From positions 1 through 64,000 of the IMG/VR virus record IMGVR_UViG_3300030673_000004: 64,000 bases of DNA. One strand, written 5' to 3'. How positions within the stretch are numbered: position 1 is the first letter of the stretch; each line of letters begins with the position of its first letter. The notes beneath the pieces were generated by a model. The model did no database searches. It was not told the origin of the DNA and saw only the letters and a list, made by a program, of their open reading frames with translations. Shown here one piece after another: positions 8,694 to 18,009 of the stretch. A program made the position numbers and the translations under genes.

Positions 8694-8748
8694 AACTCCT
8701 TGTTGAGGTGACAAGAACAAATATACATTAATTTTGTATGTTTGTCAA
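8694..8748 (-). promoter_or_regulatory. repeated sigma70 promoter-leader-SD cassette, copy 2
   Basis: Identical to 298-352. Confidence 0.85.
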
Positions 8749-8749
8749 G

Positions 8750-9907
8750 TTATCTTAATGTAGCCACAAAAGAAATTAAAGATGCCTTATCTGACAACAG
8801 AGAACGAGCATAGATTGCATCTAGCAGCTTACGCTGAACAACACCACAAGAAGCACCGGAGAATCCCAGGGAAACAAGATCACCACCAGTAAGAGCCAAT
8901 TCCTTAGGGAACAACGGAATATCTTGAGTTGATTTATTCAAGCAACGTGCCTCAAAATAGGATGGCGGACAACAAAAACAGCGCAAAGTTAGAGACACAT
9001 AATTGTATAACTCCCGAGAGCGCACAAGAGAATGCACAGCCTTGGTACTAACACCTGCAGTATAAGAGCGAAAAGCCTGCAGTGCAGATAACTGAATAGA
9101 TGTAGGTGAAACATACGATAAATCTGGCTTACCTGACGCAAATAAGGAGACAAATCCAACAGCATCACGATCAGACAAGGATAGACCTTGAAGATCAACT
9201 GGTTTTGGATCAAAATCTACACCAAACAGAGAAGTACCGATAGTTGTTCGGAGCAACCCACAAAGAACTTCAGTATTGAATGACTTAATAAACGCCTTAT
9301 GCAACTCTGCTTGAATACGCTCAGGTGAGCAACTAAGCAGCGTAGAACTCATCTCAAGTGCCGCCACAAACGTAGTGTCATCAATACTAAACCCGAGACG
9401 ACTCGCAAACTGAACTGCACGAAGAATCCGAAGAGGATCTTCAGTGAACCGATCCCGAGCATCACCCACAGCACGAATCACACCAGATTGCAAGTCAGCG
9501 GCACCGCCAAAGGGATCAATTGTTACACCGCACTCGACATCATAAGCGATAGCATTAATTGTAAAGTCCCGCCGAGCTAAATCATCAACAACAGACAAGT
9601 TACTATCCAGTAGAACTTCAAAGTCACGATGACCGGCACCTGTAGACTGCTCTGTCCGAGGAAGAGCAAAATCATAAGAGTCACCGTCAATGAGAGCAGT
9701 CACAATGCCAAAACTACGTCCTACCTCAGATGCGTGCCCGAGAGAAGATACTGCTTGCTGAACCTGTTCTAGAGATAAGCCAGTAACAAGATAATCAATA
9801 TCCTTTGGAACAAGGCCAAGCACAGCATCTCGCACACAACCACCAACGCGGTACAGGCGACCACCTTGTTGCTCAATGCTAGCTAGAATCTTATGTTCAG
9901 TCTTCAT
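8750..9907 (-). CDS. cca: class II CCA-adding tRNA nucleotidyltransferase
   Basis: VGGCVRDAVLG..KDIDY, DLARRDFTINA, FTEDPLRILRAVQF, SPERI. Confidence 0.88.
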   Translation of the reverse strand: MKTEHKILASIEQQGGRLYRVGGCVRDAVLGLVPKDIDYLVTGLSLEQVQQAVSSLGHASEVGRSFGIVTALIDGDSYDFALPRTEQSTGAGHRDFEVLLDSNLSVVDDLARRDFTINAIAYDVECGVTIDPFGGAADLQSGVIRAVGDARDRFTEDPLRILRAVQFASRLGFSIDDTTFVAALEMSSTLLSCSPERIQAELHKAFIKSFNTEVLCGLLRTTIGTSLFGVDFDPKPVDLQGLSLSDRDAVGFVSLFASGKPDLSYVSPTSIQLSALQAFRSYTAGVSTKAVHSLVRSRELYNYVSLTLRCFCCPPSYFEARCLNKSTQDIPLFPKELALTGGDLVSLGFSGASCGVVQRKLLDAIYARSLLSDKASLISFVATLR

Positions 9908-9914
9908 ACCAACA

Positions 9915-9943
9915 AATATACATTAATCTTGTATATTTGTCAA
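9915..9943 (-). promoter_or_regulatory. sigma70 promoter; predicted leaderless cca mRNA
   Basis: TTGACA-17-TATATT-7 nt-ATG(9907). Confidence 0.75.
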
Positions 9944-10210
9944 CTATAATACACCATGTGCGTGTATCACATAAAACAGCAGCGAACAAAATCCTGTGAA
10001 CAAAAAACAAAGAAACAAAACAAAAGTGATGACTAGAGAGAACGCATTATCGCCATGAACACAAGCGGTAAACAATTCAATCTCGGTAGCATCCTGTGAA
10101 GGAAACTCATTAAGATCATCCGAGGAGTGATAGCGTTGACAAATTGTGCCTATACAAAGCAACAGAAAAACAAAGCTAGCAGCACCCGAAAGAATAGTAA
10201 AAAATTGCAT
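9944..10210 (-). CDS. small two-TM membrane protein
   Basis: Two hydrophobic segments. Confidence 0.5.
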   Translation of the reverse strand: MQFFTILSGAASFVFLLLCIGTICQRYHSSDDLNEFPSQDATEIELFTACVHGDNAFSLVITFVLFLCFLFTGFCSLLFYVIHAHGVL

Positions 10211-10227
10211 AAAGGCCCTTAAAGAGA

Positions 10228-10521
10228 TTAAGGCAACCAGCCACTGGGAACTTCTGCAAGTGAAATGCCATAGGCAGTCTCCAGATCACCTTTACCATAC
10301 TGAGAGCGCGTGTAATCACGCATGGTTGTCTCAACAAAACACCGGACTGCTGTCTGTAACATAATAAGGCGCGTCTCTACCGTGGAGGGTACATGGGACG
10401 CCTCTAAGGCAGCACGCAGCATTCCTTTGCCATACTGGGCCTCTGTATAGTTTTGCATGCTCTCTAACCACACAGCAACAGCATGCTGTAAGCCTGCAAG
10501 ACGATCCGCACACTGGGACAT
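10228..10521 (-). CDS. hypothetical protein with internal duplication
   Basis: LQHAV..NYTEAQYGKGML and LQTAV..DYTRSQYGKGDL; start moved to 10521. Confidence 0.55.
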   Translation of the reverse strand: MSQCADRLAGLQHAVAVWLESMQNYTEAQYGKGMLRAALEASHVPSTVETRLIMLQTAVRCFVETTMRDYTRSQYGKGDLETAYGISLAEVPSGWLP

Positions 10522-10546
10522 TAAGAACCTTTCAAAAAGACCAAAC

Positions 10547-10575
10547 TTGACATCAAAACAAAGATACTTTATATT
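10547..10575 (+). promoter_or_regulatory. sigma70 promoter; predicted leaderless mRNA
   Basis: TTGACA-17-TATATT-7 nt-ATG(10583). Confidence 0.75.
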
Positions 10576-10582
10576 AGGTAGT

Positions 10583-11071
10583 ATGCCAAGCAAAAATGAT
10601 ACAAATAAGAAAATTGTCTACATAGACATGGATGGTGTTTTAGTAGACTTCGAGTCTGGTGTAAAATACGAAACGCTGCATGCGCCATTTATGGACATTC
10701 AACTGTATCAGGACAGATGGGAAGACTATCCTGGTATCTTTGCTCGCATGAATCCTATGCCTGGAGCCATCGACGCATTTATGCGCTTAGCGGCTAATCC
10801 CCAGCTAGATGTATACATTCTAAGCACAGCGCCATGGGATAACGAATCTGCATGGCTAGATAAAATACGATGGGTGAAACGCTATCTTGGTGATGCCGCA
10901 AAGAAAAGACTGATATTATCACATCATAAAAATCTAAACATAGGTGATTTCTTGATAGATGATAGACTGAAGCATGGTGTTCCAGACTTCCAAGGAAAAC
11001 ACATACATTTCGGGCAGGCCCCATTTGAGACATGGAATAAAGTCGTAACCTACCTAGAGCAAAATATATAA
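10583..11071 (+). CDS. 5'(3')-deoxyribonucleotidase (NT5C, HAD)
   Basis: YIDMDGVLVDF, ILSTAPW, GDFLIDDR. Confidence 0.88.
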   Translation: MPSKNDTNKKIVYIDMDGVLVDFESGVKYETLHAPFMDIQLYQDRWEDYPGIFARMNPMPGAIDAFMRLAANPQLDVYILSTAPWDNESAWLDKIRWVKRYLGDAAKKRLILSHHKNLNIGDFLIDDRLKHGVPDFQGKHIHFGQAPFETWNKVVTYLEQNI

Positions 11072-11133
11072 TACGCAAAAGGCCCGCACCGAGATATAAT
11101 CAGTGCGAGCCTAATTCATTTCTTGTCCCTGTC

Positions 11134-11742
11134 TCAGATCACGTGAGATGCTACGGCATAATCACGATCTCCACGGAGAACGAGATGGTAAGTAACCGGC
11201 TCAGAACTTCTCTCAATATGCTCAACAACCTGAGAAAAAGTAATTTTCTGATTGTTGTCATCAACAACAACCGCATCAAACTCAGGAGTTGCTTCAGCAT
11301 ACGTATGTGCCTTCTCAAACAAGAGAATAGCATTTCGCAGCCGATTGGGTGTCGCGATAGGCTCAGAAGCGGCAACAGAGGCTGCAGGAGTAGGGACATA
11401 AGACGCAAGACTTGCGCTATACTTCCGCCAGTACTCTGATACAACAGCGTTGCGAACATCTGCCATGATCGGACCAGTCAGCGAAGCGAATTCCATGAAA
11501 CGACCGTTCTCACGGGCCTTCCCTGGAAACGAGATGAAGATTCCACCATTGGTGTTCCGAATAACGTGGATACCACGAAGTGCAATAGTGCCATACGAAA
11601 CACCTGTGGGCAAAGACCCCAGAAGCAACGAGACACAAGCACGAGCCACACTCTGATGGGTGGAATTTGGATCACGAGGAGGAAGCTTATTGAGATAGAC
11701 TTCAACAGAGGAGACAGAAATGATCGGGTTGTCGGTAGGCAT
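11134..11742 (-). CDS. spoVG: SpoVG-family nucleic-acid-binding protein with C-terminal extension
   Basis: LRGIHVIRNTNGGIFISFPG...VRNAVVSEY. Confidence 0.7.
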   Translation of the reverse strand: MPTDNPIISVSSVEVYLNKLPPRDPNSTHQSVARACVSLLLGSLPTGVSYGTIALRGIHVIRNTNGGIFISFPGKARENGRFMEFASLTGPIMADVRNAVVSEYWRKYSASLASYVPTPAASVAASEPIATPNRLRNAILLFEKAHTYAEATPEFDAVVVDDNNQKITFSQVVEHIERSSEPVTYHLVLRGDRDYAVASHVI

Positions 11743-11810
11743 GATGGGTTTCCTTTATACTGGGTTAATACAGGAGCACCGGGTTAAGTTAAGCACTCTC
11801 TGCACTAACA

Positions 11811-11839
11811 AATATACTAAGGAATATATCCTATGTCAA
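11811..11839 (-). promoter_or_regulatory. sigma70 promoter for the spoVG-like gene
   Basis: TTGACA-17-TATATT. Confidence 0.7.
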
Positions 11840-12407
11840 GGTCTTTACCAGATTTAGCTAATGATACCTTTGCTCGCTCAAGCACTTGACGAGCTCCCTC
11901 TCGGGTAAGGTGATAAATATCCTTGATATCATCTAGCAGTAGATCCGACAAAAATCGTAACTTAACAATTTTCAGATCACGCGCCGACAAATTACTGTGC
12001 AACAACAGACTGGATACTTCGTCCACGTATTCAACCTGACACATGTTCGCCCCATCAGTATCATCTATCAGTATATCCGCATACAAAGATATGTCATCAT
12101 TAAGACAATCATACTTATGAGATTTGCGAAAAGTACATAAAGCACCCCGGATGTAGTAAGTCACCCAATTATTAAGGGATCCTTTCAATGGGTTATATGT
12201 TTTAATTGCTAATGGTATCTTAGATAGTGCATACGAGAACATGTCATCTTGCCATACCCACAAATTGTAACCACGACATGTCTTAAGGGCAAACCAATGA
12301 ATCAAGGGCACGTAAGATTGAATAATAAAGTTTAAGGCGCAAGCATCCCCTGCCTGTGCCTTAGAAATAGTTGTTGGATGAATCTCGGTCTTAGTAGTCC
12401 TAGCCAT
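11817..12407 (-). CDS. small sigma70-family sigma factor
   Basis: AQAGD..ALNFIIQSYVPLI, AIKTYNPLKGSLNNWVTYYIRG (region 2); LSARDLKIVKLRF..TREGARQV (region 4). Confidence 0.8.
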   Translation of the reverse strand: MARTTKTEIHPTTISKAQAGDACALNFIIQSYVPLIHWFALKTCRGYNLWVWQDDMFSYALSKIPLAIKTYNPLKGSLNNWVTYYIRGALCTFRKSHKYDCLNDDISLYADILIDDTDGANMCQVEYVDEVSSLLLHSNLSARDLKIVKLRFLSDLLLDDIKDIYHLTREGARQVLERAKVSLAKSGKDLDIGYIP

Positions 12408-12446
12408 GTACGATATATAGTAAAAATCTACTGCACAAACAAGCCG

Positions 12447-13214
12447 TTACAGCAAAGAACCTTGAAAAACACACTGACGAGTAGGTTTACTACCACGCAA
12501 GAAGGACAAGGCATAGGAGTCACTAAAGGCATAAGCAAACCTATGCTTAAACATACGGCCAAAGTTCGACAGATCAATCGGGCCGCGAAGAGCTTCATAA
12601 GCACCATGAACATCACGCATAGTAAAGGTATTGTCCTTAGGGCTCACAGCCAGCCCACGCAGGATGTCTTCATCCCACGCATGCTTTTGCAGATGAGCGA
12701 GCATCTCAGACAAAATAGTATGGTGATCAAAAGCCAGTGTACCAGCAAGAGCAGTAGAGACAGTCACCCACTGAGCAGTAGCTGCGTCATCATTTGCTTT
12801 AATTGGTAATGAATCTGCCTGATCGTGGTGCAGCAAACAGAAATAGGATACATCTGCGGTGTACCACCGAGGATCCCGATCATAGGAAGCATATGTCTTA
12901 AACTGATGAAGAGGCACAGTACCCATAGGAATACTGGTTTCTTCTTCCAACTCACGCAATGCTGCGTGGTCTACACTCTCCTTGTCCTGAATGTTAACAA
13001 AACCACCAGGAAAGGCAAAGCAACCAGCGTAGGGAGCAAACTTCCGTTCAATCAACAGCACCTGCAGCCGATCCAGGTTCCGAGTGCTCGGATCCAATCG
13101 GAAAATCACAATATCAGCGGTAAGCGTAGGACGTTCAAACACGGTTGGGTCGTAACCAGAATCCGGGTAAAGGTCCAAATACGATCCGTGCTTTCCAGAA
13201 ATACGTTCAGTCAT
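12447..13214 (-). CDS. nrtR: NrtR-type Nudix (ADP-ribose) + winged-HTH regulator
   Basis: PGGFV..ESVDHAALRELEEET, RDPR, LAFDH; C-terminal FTMRDVHGAYEAL...SNFGRMF...RGSKP. Confidence 0.8.
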   Translation of the reverse strand: MTERISGKHGSYLDLYPDSGYDPTVFERPTLTADIVIFRLDPSTRNLDRLQVLLIERKFAPYAGCFAFPGGFVNIQDKESVDHAALRELEEETSIPMGTVPLHQFKTYASYDRDPRWYTADVSYFCLLHHDQADSLPIKANDDAATAQWVTVSTALAGTLAFDHHTILSEMLAHLQKHAWDEDILRGLAVSPKDNTFTMRDVHGAYEALRGPIDLSNFGRMFKHRFAYAFSDSYALSFLRGSKPTRQCVFQGSLL

Positions 13215-13809
13215 TGTAAAGCCCCAATTTGTAACAAAGTTTAACCGTTTCCGGTGCCATTAATTTAAGTAACTCACTATCTGGTGCCTTAGCAGCAAAA
13301 GATTTACGAGCTTGTGTTGAAGATATACTCTGAAAATCAGCAGGAAGAGCAGGTAACAGCGTGTGGAAACTGGATTTAAGCCATGGCAAGGATACACTGG
13401 AACCCATGCCACGAGGGAGCACAATAATAGAGAACTCCCGAATGAGAGATTTTCCATTAATCCAATGATCCTCAATCTGTTCAGCTTGGTCTTGACCAAC
13501 AATCAAAGAAACAGCATCCACACCAGGAGACATCTTAGCATAGTTAAGGAGTTCATAGGTACTCCCAGTGCTACTACTAAGCTCAGACTCAAGCAGACTT
13601 ACATGAGTGCAAGGAATACGCTGAAAAAGACTCTCACACAAATGCATACGAATGCTGTAGTCAACCAGATCTTTGCCATAAGCATGTTTAAGAACGGGAA
13701 TGATCCAAACCCTATCCACATTTGGACAAGTGGCAAGGGTTTGACACACTACGGCGCGATGCGCTAGTGTTGGAGGATTAAACGACCCACCGTAGAGTGC
13801 CACACGCAT
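13207..13809 (-). CDS. nadD: nicotinate-nucleotide adenylyltransferase
   Basis: ALYGGSFNPPTLAH, LIVGQD..W, ISSTQAR. Confidence 0.88.
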   Translation of the reverse strand: MRVALYGGSFNPPTLAHRAVVCQTLATCPNVDRVWIIPVLKHAYGKDLVDYSIRMHLCESLFQRIPCTHVSLLESELSSSTGSTYELLNYAKMSPGVDAVSLIVGQDQAEQIEDHWINGKSLIREFSIIVLPRGMGSSVSLPWLKSSFHTLLPALPADFQSISSTQARKSFAAKAPDSELLKLMAPETVKLCYKLGLYND

Positions 13810-14627
13810 TAGCCAAACACCTTACCCTGCAGAACACTCTCTACGGTAGCAACAGTGCAGCCTTGCTTAGCCATGTTCTCAAGAAAACGAATCCCTTGCT
13901 CTTCATAGCCGGTGACATCCGACATACAATCTTCCAAGAGCACGATCTTCTTCAGATCAAAACCCAAGTTGTAGTCTTGAATGCGCTGAACCATCTGCTC
14001 AACCGAGCACCGAACACAATGCGAACGAGCCTCACCACCAACGACGATGGGCAGATTACCGAAAAGGAGATTTCCAAGCAGATTGTCATTGAAATCTGCC
14101 AAGATATTCCCATGCCCTTTATACTCCGGCTCAAAAATGCCAAAGCTCTCCAAGTCCTGATGGTATCCCTTCTTGGCCATAGTGGCAATACGGCCCGGAC
14201 CACTGTTCTCCCACGAATGCACAGCAGCAACAAGGTTGTTACTCAGTTCATAGCTCTGTGTGCCAGGAACACAATGAACAGGCCAAATCATGCTACCACG
14301 AATCGGATCAATGTAACGCTTTGCGTATTCCTGCTTTTTCGGATCGGCAGCTTGAATAGCACCACTCTCAAGAGCAAGAAGGTTAACTAGGGTAAAGGGC
14401 TCTGGAGAAACCCCTTCCGAAGTCAGCCACCAACCAGGATGACCAATGTGAGCAATAGGGTGCTGATCTACAGTAAGAAAAATATCAACAATATCCTCCT
14501 CTGCCTCCGTAATGAAATTCGAGAATCGAACGACATCCTCAAAAGCACCAGCAGGGCACAGCGGCTCGCCAGGGCAAACAAATGCCTTCTGAAAATCAAT
14601 TCCAAAAACCTTAAACGGTGTACCCAT
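13809..14627 (-). CDS. pncA: nicotinamidase (isochorismatase family)
   Basis: IDFQKAF, DQH, WPVHCV, KG, GEARSHCV; start at 14627 after AAGGAG. Confidence 0.85.
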   Translation of the reverse strand: MGTPFKVFGIDFQKAFVCPGEPLCPAGAFEDVVRFSNFITEAEEDIVDIFLTVDQHPIAHIGHPGWWLTSEGVSPEPFTLVNLLALESGAIQAADPKKQEYAKRYIDPIRGSMIWPVHCVPGTQSYELSNNLVAAVHSWENSGPGRIATMAKKGYHQDLESFGIFEPEYKGHGNILADFNDNLLGNLLFGNLPIVVGGEARSHCVRCSVEQMVQRIQDYNLGFDLKKIVLLEDCMSDVTGYEEQGIRFLENMAKQGCTVATVESVLQGKVFG

Positions 14628-14654
14628 CAGAAATCTCCTTCTCAGTGAATGCAC

Positions 14655-16715
14655 TTAACCAACAGTCAATAACTTAGCCTTGAGCTCCTTGTATGCCTTA
14701 GTGTAGTAAACACCACCAATAGCTTCTCGAAAATCGAACCCATAAGCTCTACGGCTCACGACAAGTACAGGCGGAGCCTGAACACGCTTCACAATGCCCA
14801 TGCCCTTAAACAAGCCCCACCAACGTTCAAGATCTGCAACGAAATCTTCCGCTGTTGGGAAAAGATACTTAAACTCTGTATATTTGTCAACATCAATCTC
14901 AAGATGTTCCAAAAGATCACCCATAATATAATGATTAAGGGTATCCTCAACATTATCGCGATTCCATGGCTCAACCCACGAAGCAAATAGCTTGTCGTGG
15001 TACCAGTAGGTGATAGGATCACCCTTACCTGCATCAACATTCTGATCAGCACTCAACTCCGCCGAGGGCTTAAGTGTGTACAAGGAGTCAGGAATGATCT
15101 TATGATCAAAAGTGTTCTCCACAGCACGAAGAGTTTCATAAACTTCATGCTTCCAGAGATCCGCTAGAGGAGCAAAATACCCCATGTGATCACCGCCCAT
15201 AGTGCAGTAACCAACAGTAAGCTCAGCTTTGTTTCCATTGTTGGGAAACACCGCATGAAACCCAGCAGCCAACATAGCCTGAACACCAGCACCACGCATA
15301 CGAGCCTGGATATTCTCCGTATCATCCCAGAACTCCGTGGCCTTAACGTCCGACTCCCACAGCCCAACATGAACACTGGTCATGAAGTCCGTAACAGACT
15401 TCCCAATAGGAATCTCCAAGTAGCGAATACCCAAATTATCTGCAATTGTTTTTGCAATACCCTTGGTTGTTTCGCTATTAAATTCAGTAGGCATATTAAC
15501 AGCGATCACGTTTTCAGCACCAAGAGCCTTTACATGAAGCAACGTGGACAGTGCCGAGTCCACACCACCACTCAACCCAATCACAGCACGCTTGATGCCA
15601 CCCTGCTCACAAAACTTCTGGATGCCGTAAGCCAAAACGTCATGAAGTTCTGGGTCTTGCTGCTCAGTCTGCCAAGGCGACTCAGCAGCCACTTGGACAC
15701 TCGTAGGAGTAACAGTAACCAAACCCATGCATTCCCTGAGAGGGGGTAGCGCACAGATAACAGCACCGTCCATATAAACAGTAGAGCTCCCGTCAAAAAC
15801 AAAAACATCCTTACCGTTGTTCTGAATACCAACACTGTTGACATAGATCAGAGCATTAAACTCTTGCGAATGCTGAGCAAAACGACGATTGCGAGCACCA
15901 TTCTTGCCTTGAGTAAATGGTGAGCAACTCAAGTTTACATGCACATGCATCTTCCCTGGAGCCGACACGCTGCGACCCCGGCAGTTATGAATAGGCTTAG
16001 TAGCATAATCATCATCCCAACCATCTTCACAGATCGACGGTGTGATATACAAATTGTCTTCACTGTAGATAGACATTATGGGTGTATGAGCAGTGCCGCT
16101 ACGAAAATAACGCTTATCTTCAAACTCACGATAGTTTGGCAGATTCGTTTTATGGTACTCCATAGCGTACCTGCCTAGGATTACAGCGCTATTAAAACGC
16201 TCCCTGCGACCATCTTCGTAATTCGTATCACCCAAGGTCACAGAACCTAAAATAGCAGTAATACCAAGTTCCAGAGCAACAAAGGAAATATCCTGTTTTA
16301 GGTACCCCAGACAATCCTTAAGGAAAGCTGCATCCTCCCAGTCATCACCTACCATGTAGCCAGGAAGAGCCATTTCAGGAAAAACAGCAACCTGAGCACC
16401 AGCATCCTTGGCAAGGTGCAGGTACTTAATGATCTTAGCGGCATTCAAATCAGGGCGCTTTGCAACAACCTCAATCTGACAGATAGCGATAGTCTTTGCA
16501 GTAGTAAGCATTTCGTCGTCCTCTAATTCGTCGTTAATTCCACAAAGCTTAACCTGGTCCCATAGCAGATAATCTTCCTCAGCATCATCTGCCACATGGA
16601 GAAACCCACAGGTACCATTTGCGTGCTTTGGCTTTTGTGCATCTAATCCCCAGTAAGGACATTTGCCTCTGCCATCATAGCAATAGATACCTGTAGGAAT
16701 TTCCAGATGGCACAT
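14655..16715 (-). CDS. nadE: glutamine-dependent NAD+ synthetase with a 68-aa Cys-rich N-terminal extension (alternative start 16511)
   Basis: Nitrilase domain FPEM, KTNLPNYREFEDKRYF, ICED; synthetase GLSGGVDS, ENIQARMR, NKAELTVGYCT, PSAEL. Confidence 0.92.
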   Translation of the reverse strand: MCHLEIPTGIYCYDGRGKCPYWGLDAQKPKHANGTCGFLHVADDAEEDYLLWDQVKLCGINDELEDDEMLTTAKTIAICQIEVVAKRPDLNAAKIIKYLHLAKDAGAQVAVFPEMALPGYMVGDDWEDAAFLKDCLGYLKQDISFVALELGITAILGSVTLGDTNYEDGRRERFNSAVILGRYAMEYHKTNLPNYREFEDKRYFRSGTAHTPIMSIYSEDNLYITPSICEDGWDDDYATKPIHNCRGRSVSAPGKMHVHVNLSCSPFTQGKNGARNRRFAQHSQEFNALIYVNSVGIQNNGKDVFVFDGSSTVYMDGAVICALPPLRECMGLVTVTPTSVQVAAESPWQTEQQDPELHDVLAYGIQKFCEQGGIKRAVIGLSGGVDSALSTLLHVKALGAENVIAVNMPTEFNSETTKGIAKTIADNLGIRYLEIPIGKSVTDFMTSVHVGLWESDVKATEFWDDTENIQARMRGAGVQAMLAAGFHAVFPNNGNKAELTVGYCTMGGDHMGYFAPLADLWKHEVYETLRAVENTFDHKIIPDSLYTLKPSAELSADQNVDAGKGDPITYWYHDKLFASWVEPWNRDNVEDTLNHYIMGDLLEHLEIDVDKYTEFKYLFPTAEDFVADLERWWGLFKGMGIVKRVQAPPVLVVSRRAYGFDFREAIGGVYYTKAYKELKAKLLTVG

Positions 16716-16716
16716 A

Positions 16717-18009
16717 TCAGGCAGCCAACCCGTAAGTGCGCTGCAGGATGTCTTCGTGACGGCTCTCGTTGAAGTAGTCACCTACCATGTAGGTACGCTT
16801 CAGAGCATCTTCATGCACAGCGTCCTCACACATAGCCTTACCAGCAGTGTCGCTAACCTTTGCCACTGGACGATCATTGACTTCAACAGCCTTCATCACG
16901 AGTTGAAGTGCCTTTACACCCAAGTCATTAGTGAAGTCCGTACCAATGCCAAACGATACCTTAGCACGACCAGCAAACACCTTGAGCAGATTCTCACAAG
17001 TATCTGGATTAAGGCCATCCGAGAACATCAGCACCTTCGTCTTAGGATCAATGTGGAGTTTCTCGTAGTGCCGAATAATCTTCTCACCCCAAATGAACGG
17101 ATCGCCCGAGTCATGACGAGCACCAATGTAACTCTGTGCCAAGAGCATGTCAAAGTCACGAAGGAAAGCATCAACACCAACGATATCCGAAAGAGCAATG
17201 CCCGTCTTGGCACGGTAAAAATGCTGCCACAGATCAAGCATATACTTATTCGAGCTGCCAAGCGTCACATTATCCAGAGCCTGACCGACCTCCAAGAACT
17301 CGTGGGCCATTGTGCCACTGAACGGCGTCTTAAACTCGACAGCCATCTGAACATTCGACGTGCCCAAAAAGACACCAGGAATATCAGCAAACTCCTTGAC
17401 AAGATTTTCAACCACGTAGTGCTGCCAAGCAAACGATGCACGACGACGAGTACCAAACTCGCTGAACGTAAATGCATACTGCTTAGCCAGATCCTTATAA
17501 CGCTTGATCTTGTCCTCAAGTCGCTGCATGCCCTCGTACAGATCCAAATCCTTGTACACATCCCGGAAATATGCTTCCTGCGTCATGGTCATGGCATGGA
17601 TCTCAAAATTGGTATTGTACCGAGCTGGACCATGCGTCCGGATGTCCAAAAGATCACCATTGGGCTCAATCGTGATGAAGTCACGGTTGAGCTGAGCCAA
17701 GCGCAGAAATTCAAGGTAAGGACGAGTCATATAAGGAACAGCGTGCAAACGAGCAAGTGTCCCTGGACTCATGCGACGAGTACAAGCCAAGTCCATCTGG
17801 TTGCTCACCTCAGCAGCGTACTTTGCCAGGTTGACACCAGTAGTACGATTGTGAAACTTCTTCGACATCGTAACATGAGGAAGAAGCGCATCATAAACCT
17901 GACCCATAGTCAGGAAGTAGAAGTCGATGTCATCGAAGGCATGGTTCCGCCCCGCAAGCTTCGACTGATGCTTCTGTGCGAATTCTTCCAAAGTAATATG
18001 TTCTGCCAT
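16717..18009 (-). CDS. pncB: nicotinate phosphoribosyltransferase
   Basis: DFYFLTM, EFGTRRR, GTSNV, GTMAHE, RHDSGDP, FSDGL, FGIGT, KVSD. Confidence 0.9.
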   Translation of the reverse strand: MAEHITLEEFAQKHQSKLAGRNHAFDDIDFYFLTMGQVYDALLPHVTMSKKFHNRTTGVNLAKYAAEVSNQMDLACTRRMSPGTLARLHAVPYMTRPYLEFLRLAQLNRDFITIEPNGDLLDIRTHGPARYNTNFEIHAMTMTQEAYFRDVYKDLDLYEGMQRLEDKIKRYKDLAKQYAFTFSEFGTRRRASFAWQHYVVENLVKEFADIPGVFLGTSNVQMAVEFKTPFSGTMAHEFLEVGQALDNVTLGSSNKYMLDLWQHFYRAKTGIALSDIVGVDAFLRDFDMLLAQSYIGARHDSGDPFIWGEKIIRHYEKLHIDPKTKVLMFSDGLNPDTCENLLKVFAGRAKVSFGIGTDFTNDLGVKALQLVMKAVEVNDRPVAKVSDTAGKAMCEDAVHEDALKRTYMVGDYFNESRHEDILQRTYGLAA

